DNA of 13,882 bases. It comes from Planctomycetota bacterium. GTDB lineage: Bacteria > Planctomycetota > UBA11346. Each line of letters starts with the position of its first letter. Position 1 is the first letter of the stretch. Made by a program: the position numbers and the translations under genes. Positions 1-10,581 of the stretch are shown here, piece by piece. The notes below the pieces were generated by a model. It made no database searches and was not told the origin of the DNA. It saw only the letters and a list, made by a program, of their open reading frames with translations. The DNA lies in NCBI GenBank assembly GCA_038213805.1, contig JBBQSO010000118.1, positions 1 through 13,882 of the forward strand. Direction: 5' to 3'.

Positions 1-2414
<2,414 letters not shown>

Positions 2415-2478
2415 GATCAGGTCCAACCGGGATCGGGAACCGCCACGCCGCCCCCGGGATTTCCGGCGCCGTGATGGT

Positions 2479-2640
2479 CCCTGTCCTGCGGCCTGAGAGC
2501 GTGACTCCGTCGGCGCCGGCCAAACCGGTCTTTCCAGGGTGCCGTCAAAGCGAGGTCCTTCGGCCTGAGAGCGTTACTCCTTCGGCATCCCGGTCCCGGG
2601 CGCGTGCCCGGCTGGGACTTCTCCCTCGCCTATCATCCGG
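2479..2640 (-). promoter_or_regulatory. Tandem glycine riboswitch (two aptamers plus leader/linker K-turn)
   Basis: Minus strand. Aptamer 1 (2629-2550): P1 GCGAGG/CCUCGC, GGAGA, GCCGAAGGAG, CUCUCAGG, GGAC. Aptamer 2 (2539-2479): P1 CCCUG/CAGGG, CUGGAAAG, CGCCGACGGAG, CUCUCAGG, GGAC. Leader CCG-GAU-GAU (2640-2632) can pair with linker UGA-CGG (2547-2542) as a K-turn. Ends about 65 nt upstream of the gcvP start. Confidence 0.96.
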
Positions 2641-2764
2641 CCCCTGGACTCTCCGGCACCGGCACCCCGGTCAAGTGGTGCCCGGCACCACCATCCGCCC
2701 ATGTCTCCGCACGGTCACGGCCCCCGCCCTTGCCGCGCCCGTGCCCCCGCCGACCCTGCCGGCG

Positions 2765-3226
2765 ATGCAGGAATTCGTCCTCAAAGATCTCGCAGCCACG
2801 CGGCGCCTGGCGCAGGAGCTCGCTGCCGCCGTGCAACCTGGCGACCTGCTGCTGCTCGACGGGCCGCTCGGCGCGGGCAAGACCGCCCTGGTACGCTTCC
2901 TGGTCGAAGCCCTGGGCGGGGATCCCACCCAGGTCGCCAGCCCAACCTTCACCCTGCTCCACCAGTACGCAGCGCGTCTGCCGGTGGTCCACGTCGATGC
3001 CTACCGCCTCGCCGGTGCGGGCGACCTCGCCGGCCTTGGCTTCGACGAGCTCAGCGAGGGATCGCTGGGCGTGATCGAGTGGGCGGAGCGCGTGGCTCGC
3101 GCATTCCCTCCTGAAGTCTGCTGGTCGGTGAGCCTGGCGCATGCCGGCGATGACCGCCGGCAGGTGCGACTCGCAACGCCTCTCCGCTTGCGGGGTAAGT
3201 GGTTGCACGTGCCGGGCGAGGTCTGA
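2765..3226 (+). CDS. tsaE: tRNA threonylcarbamoyladenosine biosynthesis ATPase TsaE (YjeE)
   Basis: MQEFVLKDLAATRRLAQELA..., P-loop LDGPLGAGKT, VASPTFTL, HVDAYRL, VIEWAE; 153 aa. Start set at ATG 2765 because the longer ORF from 2471 overlaps the riboswitch. Confidence 0.96.
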   Translation: MQEFVLKDLAATRRLAQELAAAVQPGDLLLLDGPLGAGKTALVRFLVEALGGDPTQVASPTFTLLHQYAARLPVVHVDAYRLAGAGDLAGLGFDELSEGSLGVIEWAERVARAFPPEVCWSVSLAHAGDDRRQVRLATPLRLRGKWLHVPGEV

Positions 3227-3260
3227 ACGTCACCAGACCCGCCGGCTCCGGAGCGCGCGC

Positions 3261-5336
3261 ATGACCGACCCGCAAGGGACTCCGCCACAACCATCCCCGG
3301 CTCCGGACATCCCGGTGACCACGGCGCCCGCCGCAGGGCTTGGTGCAGACTCTGCTCAGCTTGCGGGCATGGCTCCTGCAGCGATCCGCTCGACCGCGAC
3401 GGAGGGGGAGACACCGAGCGCCACCTCGGCTGTGGTCGAACCGGTTCCGACCGCGTCCGCAGCGAGCGCAGACAGCGCCGTATCGTCGGCATCCGGCGGC
3501 CCAGACGCAGCGGCGACCATCCCGGCCAGCGTCGTGCAGGCGACGCCGGCGACCGACGCTGGTGCCATCCCGGCCGCCGGCATCGTCACCCACCTGCCGA
3601 CCGTCGACGGCGGCGATCCGCTGGTGAAGGACTACATCCAGCGTTTCCGCCCGACCTGCGCTTTCCACACGCTGTCATGGCTGTGGATCGCTCTCGGTGC
3701 GATCGGCGCCCTGGCCGGGGCACTGGTCGCGAACTGGATCGCCCAGCACCATTTCCACCGCCTGCCCGAGGCACTGGTCGGTTCGCGCAAGGCGCTCTCG
3801 CTGCTGGTCAATCAGCTGGTCGGCGACTGCCCGGTGTCGCTCGCTGGCATGGCGGCGGGGGCGCTGGTGGTCAGCACCCTCGGCGTGCTGTTCAACCGCA
3901 AGCGCGAGCCGCACGGCCAGGAGCCGCTGTTCGGCGGCGTGCTGATCGCGGTGCTCTATCTCTTCCTCAAGGACGCGGTGCTGTGCCTGAGCGTGCTCGC
4001 AGCGGTCATCACCCTGGTCTACGCCGCGGCCATCGCGTTCCGCCTGCTCGCGCTCGCCGCCGGCGGCCACCGCGGTCTGCGCAGCGAGACGCTCAGCGAG
4101 CCCGCGGGCGGCTGGCCGCTCTACACCGTGCTGGTGCCGCTCTACAAGGAGCGCAACGTCGCGCGCAACATCCTGGTCGCGCTCGCCAAGCTCGACTACC
4201 CGCGCGACCGCCTGGACGTGAAATTCCTGCTCGAGGCCGATGATCCCGACACCCTGAACGCCCTGGTCTCCGCCGGCATCCCGCCCTGGGCCGAGGTCCT
4301 GGTGGTGCCGCAAGGCCAGCCCAAGACCAAGCCGCGCGCCTGCAACCACGGCCTGCTGCGCGCGCGCGGCGACTACCTGGTGATCTTCGACGCCGAGGAC
4401 CGCCCGGAGCCCGACCAGCTCAAGCAGGCGGTGATCGCCTTCCAGAACATCGACGCCCAGGTCGCCTGCCTGCAGGCCCAGCTCGCCTACCACAACCACC
4501 GCCAGAACATGCTGACGCGCTGGTTCGCGCTTGAGTACAACGTGTGGTTCCGCCGCTACCTTGCTGGCCTGGTCGTGCTTGGCGTGCCGATCCCGCTGGG
4601 CGGCACCAGCAACCACTTCCGCACCGGCATCCTGCGCACCATCGGCGGCTGGGACCCCTTCAACGTCACCGAGGACTGCGACCTGGGCGTGCGCCTGTAC
4701 ATGGCCGGCTACACCACCCGCACCCTCGACAGCACCACCTGGGAAGAGGCGAACAGCCGGGTCGGCAACTGGATCCGTCAGCGCAGCCGCTGGCTGAAGG
4801 GCTATCTGATCACCCACCTGGTATGGGGGCGCCGGCCGCTGCACCTGATCGTCGGACTCGGCCCGTGGGGCGCCTTCGGCTTCATCATGTCGGTGTTCTG
4901 CGTCTCTGGCCTGGCGGTGCTGAACCTCGCGCTGTGGTCCATCTTGTTGGTTTACGCGGTGCTGCTGGGCATCGACCTGGCGCACGGCCACCAGATTGCG
5001 GAGCTGATCGCCACGCGCCCGGGCGGCGACGTCTTCCCTCGGCTGAGCTGGCAGATGATCTTCCACGGCCGCAACGAGGACCCGCAGTGGGCGCTGCTCT
5101 CGCAGGTGCTCGCCGTCGCCTCGCTGTGCCTAATGGCCGGAAACCTGGCGTTCATCCTCATCAACGGCCTGGCCGGGCGTCGCCCTGGACAGCGCGGCCT
5201 GTGGTGGGCGGTGCTGCTCAGCCCGCTTTACTGGGTGCTGATCAGCATCGCCGCGTGGAAGGGCTTCTGGCAGATGCTGGTCAAGCCGCACTACTGGGAG
5301 AAGACCGTGCACGGGCTGGACCACGACGAGGGCTGA
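3261..5336 (+). CDS. Membrane-bound family 2 glycosyltransferase (processive, cellulose-synthase-like D,D,D,QxxRW type)
   Basis: Motifs YTVLVPLYKE, PKTKPRACNHGL, IFDAEDRP, PLGGTSNHFR, GGWDPFNVTEDCDLG, WIRQRSRWLKGY and YWEKTVHGL, with several hydrophobic segments on both sides of the catalytic domain. ATG 3261 has GGAG upstream; the start is uncertain because the first ~110 aa are low-complexity. Confidence 0.92.
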   Translation: MTDPQGTPPQPSPAPDIPVTTAPAAGLGADSAQLAGMAPAAIRSTATEGETPSATSAVVEPVPTASAASADSAVSSASGGPDAAATIPASVVQATPATDAGAIPAAGIVTHLPTVDGGDPLVKDYIQRFRPTCAFHTLSWLWIALGAIGALAGALVANWIAQHHFHRLPEALVGSRKALSLLVNQLVGDCPVSLAGMAAGALVVSTLGVLFNRKREPHGQEPLFGGVLIAVLYLFLKDAVLCLSVLAAVITLVYAAAIAFRLLALAAGGHRGLRSETLSEPAGGWPLYTVLVPLYKERNVARNILVALAKLDYPRDRLDVKFLLEADDPDTLNALVSAGIPPWAEVLVVPQGQPKTKPRACNHGLLRARGDYLVIFDAEDRPEPDQLKQAVIAFQNIDAQVACLQAQLAYHNHRQNMLTRWFALEYNVWFRRYLAGLVVLGVPIPLGGTSNHFRTGILRTIGGWDPFNVTEDCDLGVRLYMAGYTTRTLDSTTWEEANSRVGNWIRQRSRWLKGYLITHLVWGRRPLHLIVGLGPWGAFGFIMSVFCVSGLAVLNLALWSILLVYAVLLGIDLAHGHQIAELIATRPGGDVFPRLSWQMIFHGRNEDPQWALLSQVLAVASLCLMAGNLAFILINGLAGRRPGQRGLWWAVLLSPLYWVLISIAAWKGFWQMLVKPHYWEKTVHGLDHDEG

Positions 5337-5515
5337 GCCCGCAATCCGTGCGCGGGTTGTGGAAGGTTGGCGACCGCACCTGGACTCGAGCCGTCTGGCC
5401 AGTGCGGAGCAGCCGGCAGCGGATCCCACACGCCCATAACCGGACCCCGAGCCGTTTCCCCGCCAGCCACGCCCGCAGGGTATCCTACGCGTAGGCAGCT
5501 GCGGCAGGGAAGACC

Positions 5516-7378
5516 ATGGACGTCGTCATCCATCTTGCGGCAGATCGGCTCACGGCGGTCCTCGACCTGCCGGCCGGGCAGTGCATCGATGCACTCAGCC
5601 TGAAGGCCCAGGTCGCCCGGCACGGCATCGTCTACGGCCTCGATTGCGAGGCCGTGGTCGCCGCCACCCAGATGGTGGCGGCCGACCGGCACCTGGTGCT
5701 GGCCCGCGGCCTCGTCCCGCAACCCGGCCAGGCGGCTGTGCTGGAACCGCTCGGCGTGCCGGGGACGGTGGTGACTGGGGCCCTGGTCGGACACCTGCGC
5801 GCAGGCACCGCCGGGCAGCCGGGCATCGGCGTCGATGCCCAGGCGGTACCGGCGCCGCCGGCAGTGCCGCTCGCGCTCGGTCGCGGCCTGGGGCTGCGCG
5901 CGGATGGCGGGGTGGTGGCAACGCGTGACGGACTGCTGCTGCTGGTCCCCCAGCCGACCGTGGCCATCCCCGGCGTCCACGAGGAGGAATGCCGCAAGCC
6001 GCTGGTGCAGGTCGACACCCATGACCTCCACGCCTGGCTGGACCTGGCAGCCGGCGAGTACGTACGCGGCGCGGTCCTGGCGGCGGCCATGACCACGGCC
6101 GGGGTGCACGTCGGCGTGGATGCCGCGGCGGTCGCGGCGGCCGAGGTGACGGTCGACCATGCGCGCAAGCTGCCCCTGGCGCGCGGCACACCGCCGGTCG
6201 ACGGCGGCGATGCGCACCTCGAGGTGCTGATCGACGAACGCGCTCACCTGCGCATTGATGCGCACAACCACGCCGATTTCCACGAACTCGATTTGTTCCA
6301 CGACGTCGTGCCCGGTCAGCCCCTCGGCCGCCTGCACCCACCGACCGCCGGCAGGCCGGGGCTGGGCGTGCGCGGGCGGGTGCTGCCGGCGAAGGCAGGC
6401 AAGGCGATCGAGGTGGGCGCGCTGCTCGGCGAGGGTACGCGGCCACGCACCACCGATCCCGCGCTCATCGAGGCGGCGGCGCCCGGCATCTTCCAGCACG
6501 ACCGCCAGGGGCGCCTGCTGGTGTTGCCGCTGCTCACCATCACCGGCGACGTCAATCTCAAGACCGGCAACATCGACACCACCCTGCCGGTGCTGATCAC
6601 CGGCGACATCAAGGCGGGTTTCGCGGTCAAGAGTGGCGCCGACATCACCGTGCTCGGCGCGATCGAGGACGCGCGCGTCACTTCACAGGCCAACCTCAGC
6701 GTACGCGGCGGCATCCTCGCCGGGCAACAGCGCGTCAAGGCACATGGCGCGATCAGCGCCCGCTATGCCGAAGGCCGCCAGCTCAAGGCTGGCACGGTCG
6801 CGGTCAGCGGCAGCCTGCGCCACTGCACGGTGCTCGCCACCGCCACGGTGCAGGCGAAGGAGATCGTCGGCGGTGAAGTCATCGCCGCGCTGGACATCAC
6901 CTGCGAGGTGCTGGGCAGCGGCGACGGCCAGCGCACCCGCGTCCAGGTCGGCGTCGACCCCTTCGCCGAGAGCCTGCACCGAGCCGCGCTCGCCGAGCGT
7001 GAGCGCCTGATCGACGAGGCGGTGCAGCGCCGCCAGCGCTGCAAGGTGCTCGGCCACCACCTTGAGGACGAGCACCGCCACGGGGGCGACCCGCATGAGC
7101 AGGAACTCGCCCACGAGGTGCGCGCCGAGCTCGACGCCCTGACCGCGACCTGCGCGCGCATCGCCAGCTGCGACGCGCTGATCGCCGCCCACGACCGCAT
7201 CCTGGCGCGCGCCCGCGAGGCCGCCCTGGGCGCCACGGTGCAGGTGCGCGGGCTGGTGCATCCGTTCGTCGACCTGGCCATCGGCGAGCACGATCGCATC
7301 CACGTCGAAAGCGCGCTCACGGGGCCGCTGGTCTTCCACCTCGGCGAGAAGGACGGCACGAAGGCGGTGGTCTGGTGA
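5516..7378 (+). CDS. FapA / DUF342 family protein
   Basis: HGIVYGLD...VLARGLVPQPG and GVHVGVD...LARGTPPVDG N-terminal modules, TAGRPGLGVRG, ITGDVNLKTGNID, ITGDIKAGFAVKSGADITVLGAIEDARV beta-solenoid, TRVQVGVDP followed by a coiled-coil-like segment. Purine-rich AGGGAAG precedes the ATG. Confidence 0.88.
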   Translation: MDVVIHLAADRLTAVLDLPAGQCIDALSLKAQVARHGIVYGLDCEAVVAATQMVAADRHLVLARGLVPQPGQAAVLEPLGVPGTVVTGALVGHLRAGTAGQPGIGVDAQAVPAPPAVPLALGRGLGLRADGGVVATRDGLLLLVPQPTVAIPGVHEEECRKPLVQVDTHDLHAWLDLAAGEYVRGAVLAAAMTTAGVHVGVDAAAVAAAEVTVDHARKLPLARGTPPVDGGDAHLEVLIDERAHLRIDAHNHADFHELDLFHDVVPGQPLGRLHPPTAGRPGLGVRGRVLPAKAGKAIEVGALLGEGTRPRTTDPALIEAAAPGIFQHDRQGRLLVLPLLTITGDVNLKTGNIDTTLPVLITGDIKAGFAVKSGADITVLGAIEDARVTSQANLSVRGGILAGQQRVKAHGAISARYAEGRQLKAGTVAVSGSLRHCTVLATATVQAKEIVGGEVIAALDITCEVLGSGDGQRTRVQVGVDPFAESLHRAALAERERLIDEAVQRRQRCKVLGHHLEDEHRHGGDPHEQELAHEVRAELDALTATCARIASCDALIAAHDRILARAREAALGATVQVRGLVHPFVDLAIGEHDRIHVESALTGPLVFHLGEKDGTKAVVW

Positions 7379-7390
7379 GGGAATCCGTGG

Positions 7391-7542
7391 GTTTCAACCG
7401 TCCAGACGCCAAGGCGCCGGGGGCAGAGCAGAGATTTCTGGGGTGACCGCCGAAAAGCGCTGTCCCTATCCTACGGTTGCTTGATCCGCTCACGGGTCGG
7501 TCGGCCGTCACCGTGGCGCATTGGTGTCCTGGCAGGTCAAAC
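7391..7542. repeat. Imperfect long inverted repeat between convergent genes (REP/MITE-like; possible bidirectional terminator)
   Basis: Left arm GTTTCAACCGTCCAGACGCCAAGGCGCCGGGG (7391-7422) resembles the reverse complement of 7511-7542, GTTTGACCTGCCAGGACACCAATGCGCCACGG. Confidence 0.6.
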
Positions 7543-7562
7543 TGCGCGTCCCGCAACGGGGA

Positions 7563-7913
7563 TCACCGTCCGAAGCGCGTCTGCTCCATGTCGATGCCGC
7601 GCCGCTCGGATTCGCCAACGCTGAGCGGGGTGGTGTCCTGCAGGTGGTAGACATTCAGCGTCTTCTCGCCGGTCTTCTCTGGGCGGATGATGTAGTTCAC
7701 CGTGGTCGAACCCTGGCTGGTCTTGACCAGCAGCCAACCGTTGTCGCGCCGCTCAGTGGCGATGATGTCGATGTAGGGGTCGCGCGTCAGGCGCGCCATG
7801 ACCGCCTGTTCCTCAATGCTCGGCTGATCTTCGGCGCGCGGCTGGCCGCCACAGGCGGTCAGGAGCAGGATGACGGACAGCGAGAGCACAGGCAGCAGGC
7901 GGGAGCGGGTCAT
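7563..7913 (-). CDS. Hypothetical lipoprotein, 116 aa
   Basis: Positively charged N-terminus, hydrophobic stretch and lipobox LTA-C (MTRSRLLPVLSLSVILLLTACGG). Natural protein-like composition; fills the gap between neighbours. Confidence 0.8.
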   Translation of the reverse strand: MTRSRLLPVLSLSVILLLTACGGQPRAEDQPSIEEQAVMARLTRDPYIDIIATERRDNGWLLVKTSQGSTTVNYIIRPEKTGEKTLNVYHLQDTTPLSVGESERRGIDMEQTRFGR

Positions 7914-8024
7914 GGCGCGGCATCATGGGGGCGCGCCGCACGGTGCCAGGGGGGATGCGGCCACCGGAAGCCCCAAGGGCACCAGATCCACGTGACATCC
8001 GCCGGCTGCATCCATGGACCACAA

Positions 8025-8075
8025 GACTTCCGGACTCCCGGACTTCCGGACTTCCGGTCTGCCGGTCTGCCGGAC
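8025..8075. repeat. Tandem 8-bp repeat, six units plus a partial one
   Basis: GACTTCCG GACTCCCG GACTTCCG GACTTCCG GTCTGCCG GTCTGCCG GAC, immediately after the stop codon of the 8078-10060 gene. Confidence 0.9.
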
Positions 8076-8077
8076 CT

Positions 8078-10060
8078 CTACTTCCAATCATTCCCAAACA
8101 GCTTCCATACCGCCGGCGCTGGCTGTCCCACGGTCCCGCCGATGACCAGATCCGGCAAACCGGCCAGCGGCAGGCCCTCGCCGAGTGGCGGCAGACCGTC
8201 GATGACCACCAGCAGGCGGCCATCGCCAGCCGGGTGCGGCCAGCACAACACCACGCTGCGACCCTCGGCGCGCGACCAACGCTGGCCGCAGCAGGCGACG
8301 GTGCGCGCATCCCAGGCGACCGGCAGCGCCGTAGCCTCCGCCAATTGCGCGAGCACCTGGTTTGAAAGGGGGTTGCCGATCAGCACCAGGTTCTCGCTGG
8401 GGAAGTCGCGGGCGCGGAAGCGCACGTCGTCGACCATGCGCGCCAGACCCTGCGCGTGCTGCGCCCAGGCCTTGCGGAAGGCTTGGGCGACGGCGCGGTT
8501 GTCGGTGCGTGCGGCGAGACTTTCGCCGGTGCCGACGACCATGGCAAAGGGCCCGGTGGCATAGGTGGAAATCGGTCCGGTGGCCTGGCCGAGGCGCTTG
8601 CGCGGCCCCGCGGGCGCAGGGCGCGCCGGCGCCAGGCCGGTCACCACGGCGCGCGGTGCGGCGCAGCGCAGCGCGCCGATGCCGACAGTCGCGTAGCGCG
8701 GCGGATCGCCGGGCGTGACCACCACCGAACCGGCGCTGCCCCAGGCGGCGAGCTCCTCGACTTGCGCGCCCGGCACCGCACCGGGAGCGATGACCACGCG
8801 CTCCTGGCTGACCACCGCTGCGATCGGCGGGGCCGTGGCGAGACTCCGCCACCAGGCATCCTGGTCGGGCGCATCCACGATCCCGCTGAGCCGCGCCCCG
8901 GCGCGACCGGCGCGCTGCCACCAGTCCTGAAGCGCGGCATCGCCGCCCGCGCCGCGCAGGATGGCGATGCCGGCGAGGTGCGCCGGCCGGGCCCCGGGCA
9001 GCTGCAGGTCATCCCAACGCGTACCTGCGGCACCACCTACGCTCGCCTGCGCCGCCGGCAGATGGCCATCGACCACGGCGAGGGCCCGCACGCGCTCGGG
9101 CTGGTCCTCGGCCAAGCGGATCGCACCGGCGGCGCCACTGCCGACGCCGATCAGCGCAACCTGAGCCGTATCCAGACTAGGCCAGGCGCGCCCGGCTGCG
9201 GCCAGCGTTGGCCACGCGCGCTGCAGCGCGATCCCATTCCAGGCGCTATCGCCCGCTGGGTAGACCTCGACCACCGCGATACCGGCGCCGCGCGCCGCCG
9301 CGAGCCACGTCGCCGGCAGCTGTGACCAGAGGTGCTTGGGGCCGGGCGGGGCGGCACACAGCACGAGCGCCACCGGCAGCCGGACGCCGCCTGGCGCGGC
9401 GGGCAGATGCAGCCGCCACGGCTGGACGCTCCCATCGATGGGATCGCGCAGGGCACCGTCCACATCGCCCGGCGCGGATGCCGTCGAGCGCCTGCCGTCC
9501 AACCAACCGGCGAGCGCCGGCTGCAGTCCGGCCAACGCACTACAGGTTGCCAGTGATGGCGTGCCCTGCATGCGCTCGGCAGCCTCCTCCAGCCACAGCC
9601 AGGGCAGGGCGTCGTCTGCCGCCGGGTGGTCCTGGAGCCTGGTTGCGAACGCCTCCAAGCGCGCCTGCAGCTGACGCGGTGTGGGCAGCACGCGTTCCAC
9701 CGACCGGGGCTGGCCGGCCACACCTGCCACGGCGATGCGCAGGTGCGCCTCCGCCAGGGGATGGCCGACCGCGCTGAGGTCCGGGAACAACGTCACCGGG
9801 ATGCCCAGGCGCAGCTGCGCGCGGGTCACCCCCGGCAGCACCGCATTGGCGAGCTCTACGCCATCCTGATCGAGAGTGACGCTCAGGCGCAGGGTGGTGC
9901 GGTCATCGTCGGGGCCGTCGCCCACGCTGACGCGGCAGCGGAAGGCGAGGCCATCGCGCACCACCGTGTCGCATTCGACGAGGCGCGGCTCGGGCAGGTC
10001 TTCGCCCGGCAGCAGCGTCGCGCAGACGAGCAGCAGCAGCGCCATGCAGATGCGGCTCAT
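8078..10060 (-). CDS. Secreted alpha/beta-hydrolase-fold (esterase/prolyl-oligopeptidase-like) protein, catalytic motif apparently degenerate
   Basis: Signal-peptide-like start MSRICMALLLLVCATLLPG; DPIDGSVQPWRLHLP; LDTAQVALIGVGSGAAGAIRLA at the nucleophile-elbow position; C-terminal domain GPISTYATGPFAMVVGT...NLVLIGNPLSNQVL...LPDLVI...FGNDWK recalls planctomycete secreted peptidase/esterase-like proteins (recollection, not searched). Start overlaps the upstream stop (ATGA). Confidence 0.75.
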   Translation of the reverse strand: MSRICMALLLLVCATLLPGEDLPEPRLVECDTVVRDGLAFRCRVSVGDGPDDDRTTLRLSVTLDQDGVELANAVLPGVTRAQLRLGIPVTLFPDLSAVGHPLAEAHLRIAVAGVAGQPRSVERVLPTPRQLQARLEAFATRLQDHPAADDALPWLWLEEAAERMQGTPSLATCSALAGLQPALAGWLDGRRSTASAPGDVDGALRDPIDGSVQPWRLHLPAAPGGVRLPVALVLCAAPPGPKHLWSQLPATWLAAARGAGIAVVEVYPAGDSAWNGIALQRAWPTLAAAGRAWPSLDTAQVALIGVGSGAAGAIRLAEDQPERVRALAVVDGHLPAAQASVGGAAGTRWDDLQLPGARPAHLAGIAILRGAGGDAALQDWWQRAGRAGARLSGIVDAPDQDAWWRSLATAPPIAAVVSQERVVIAPGAVPGAQVEELAAWGSAGSVVVTPGDPPRYATVGIGALRCAAPRAVVTGLAPARPAPAGPRKRLGQATGPISTYATGPFAMVVGTGESLAARTDNRAVAQAFRKAWAQHAQGLARMVDDVRFRARDFPSENLVLIGNPLSNQVLAQLAEATALPVAWDARTVACCGQRWSRAEGRSVVLCWPHPAGDGRLLVVIDGLPPLGEGLPLAGLPDLVIGGTVGQPAPAVWKLFGNDWK

Positions 10061-10581
10061 GAACAGGCCGCCGCCATGATCTCCGGATAGAGCGTCTGGT
10101 ATGCGACGTAGTCACCGGCAATGCGCGCGATGCGTTCGCGGGTCTCGGCGCGCAGTGGCGTCAGCACCTTGCCGGGCACGCCCGCGACCAGGTGGTGGTC
10201 GGGCACCACCATCCGCTCCGGCACCACGCATCCGGCCGCGACCAGCACGCCCTGACCCAGCACCGCGCCGTCGAGCACGCGCGAGCCCATGCCCAGCAGG
10301 CTGCCGCTGCCGACCGTGCAGGCGTGGGCGATGGCCCCGTGGCCCATGCTGACCTCGTCGGCGAGTAGACAGGGCAGTTTGCGGCTGACGTGCAGGACGC
10401 AGGTATCCTGGACGTTGCAACGCGCGCCCAGCACCACTGCGTTGATGTCGCCGCGCAGCACCGCCCCGAACCACACCGAACAACCTGGGCCGAAGCGCAC
10501 CTCGCCGATCAGCGTGGCATTGGGCGCAAGGAAGGCGGGCAGCTGCGGAGTGTGGCCGCGGACAGGCATGATCACGGGCAT
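10057..10581 (-). CDS. Gamma carbonic anhydrase family protein (YrdA/CaiE/PaaY-like hexapeptide-repeat protein)
   Basis: FLAPNATLIGEVRFGPGCSVWFGAVLRGD, NVQDTCVLHV, MGHGAIAHACTVG (three His metal ligands present), LVAGVPGKV. Start at ATG 10581; the longer ORF to 10974 overlaps bioB. Confidence 0.95.
   Translation of the reverse strand: MPVIMPVRGHTPQLPAFLAPNATLIGEVRFGPGCSVWFGAVLRGDINAVVLGARCNVQDTCVLHVSRKLPCLLADEVSMGHGAIAHACTVGSGSLLGMGSRVLDGAVLGQGVLVAAGCVVPERMVVPDHHLVAGVPGKVLTPLRAETRERIARIAGDYVAYQTLYPEIMAAACS

Noticed and set aside
2471..2764. Apparent N-terminal extension of TsaE with repeated peptide [11 protein letters not shown]
   Set aside because: The repeat is the two riboswitch aptamers read on the opposite strand.
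3675..6499. Long minus-strand ORFs (463 aa and 402 aa)
   Set aside because: Antisense shadows of the GT2 and FapA-family genes.
8025..8075. Possible CRISPR array
   Set aside because: 8-bp contiguous units with no spacers and no cas genes.
7521..8564. 347-aa plus-strand ORF with PGLPDFRSAGLPD repeats
   Set aside because: Antisense to two better-supported genes; the peptide repeat is only the translated octamer array.
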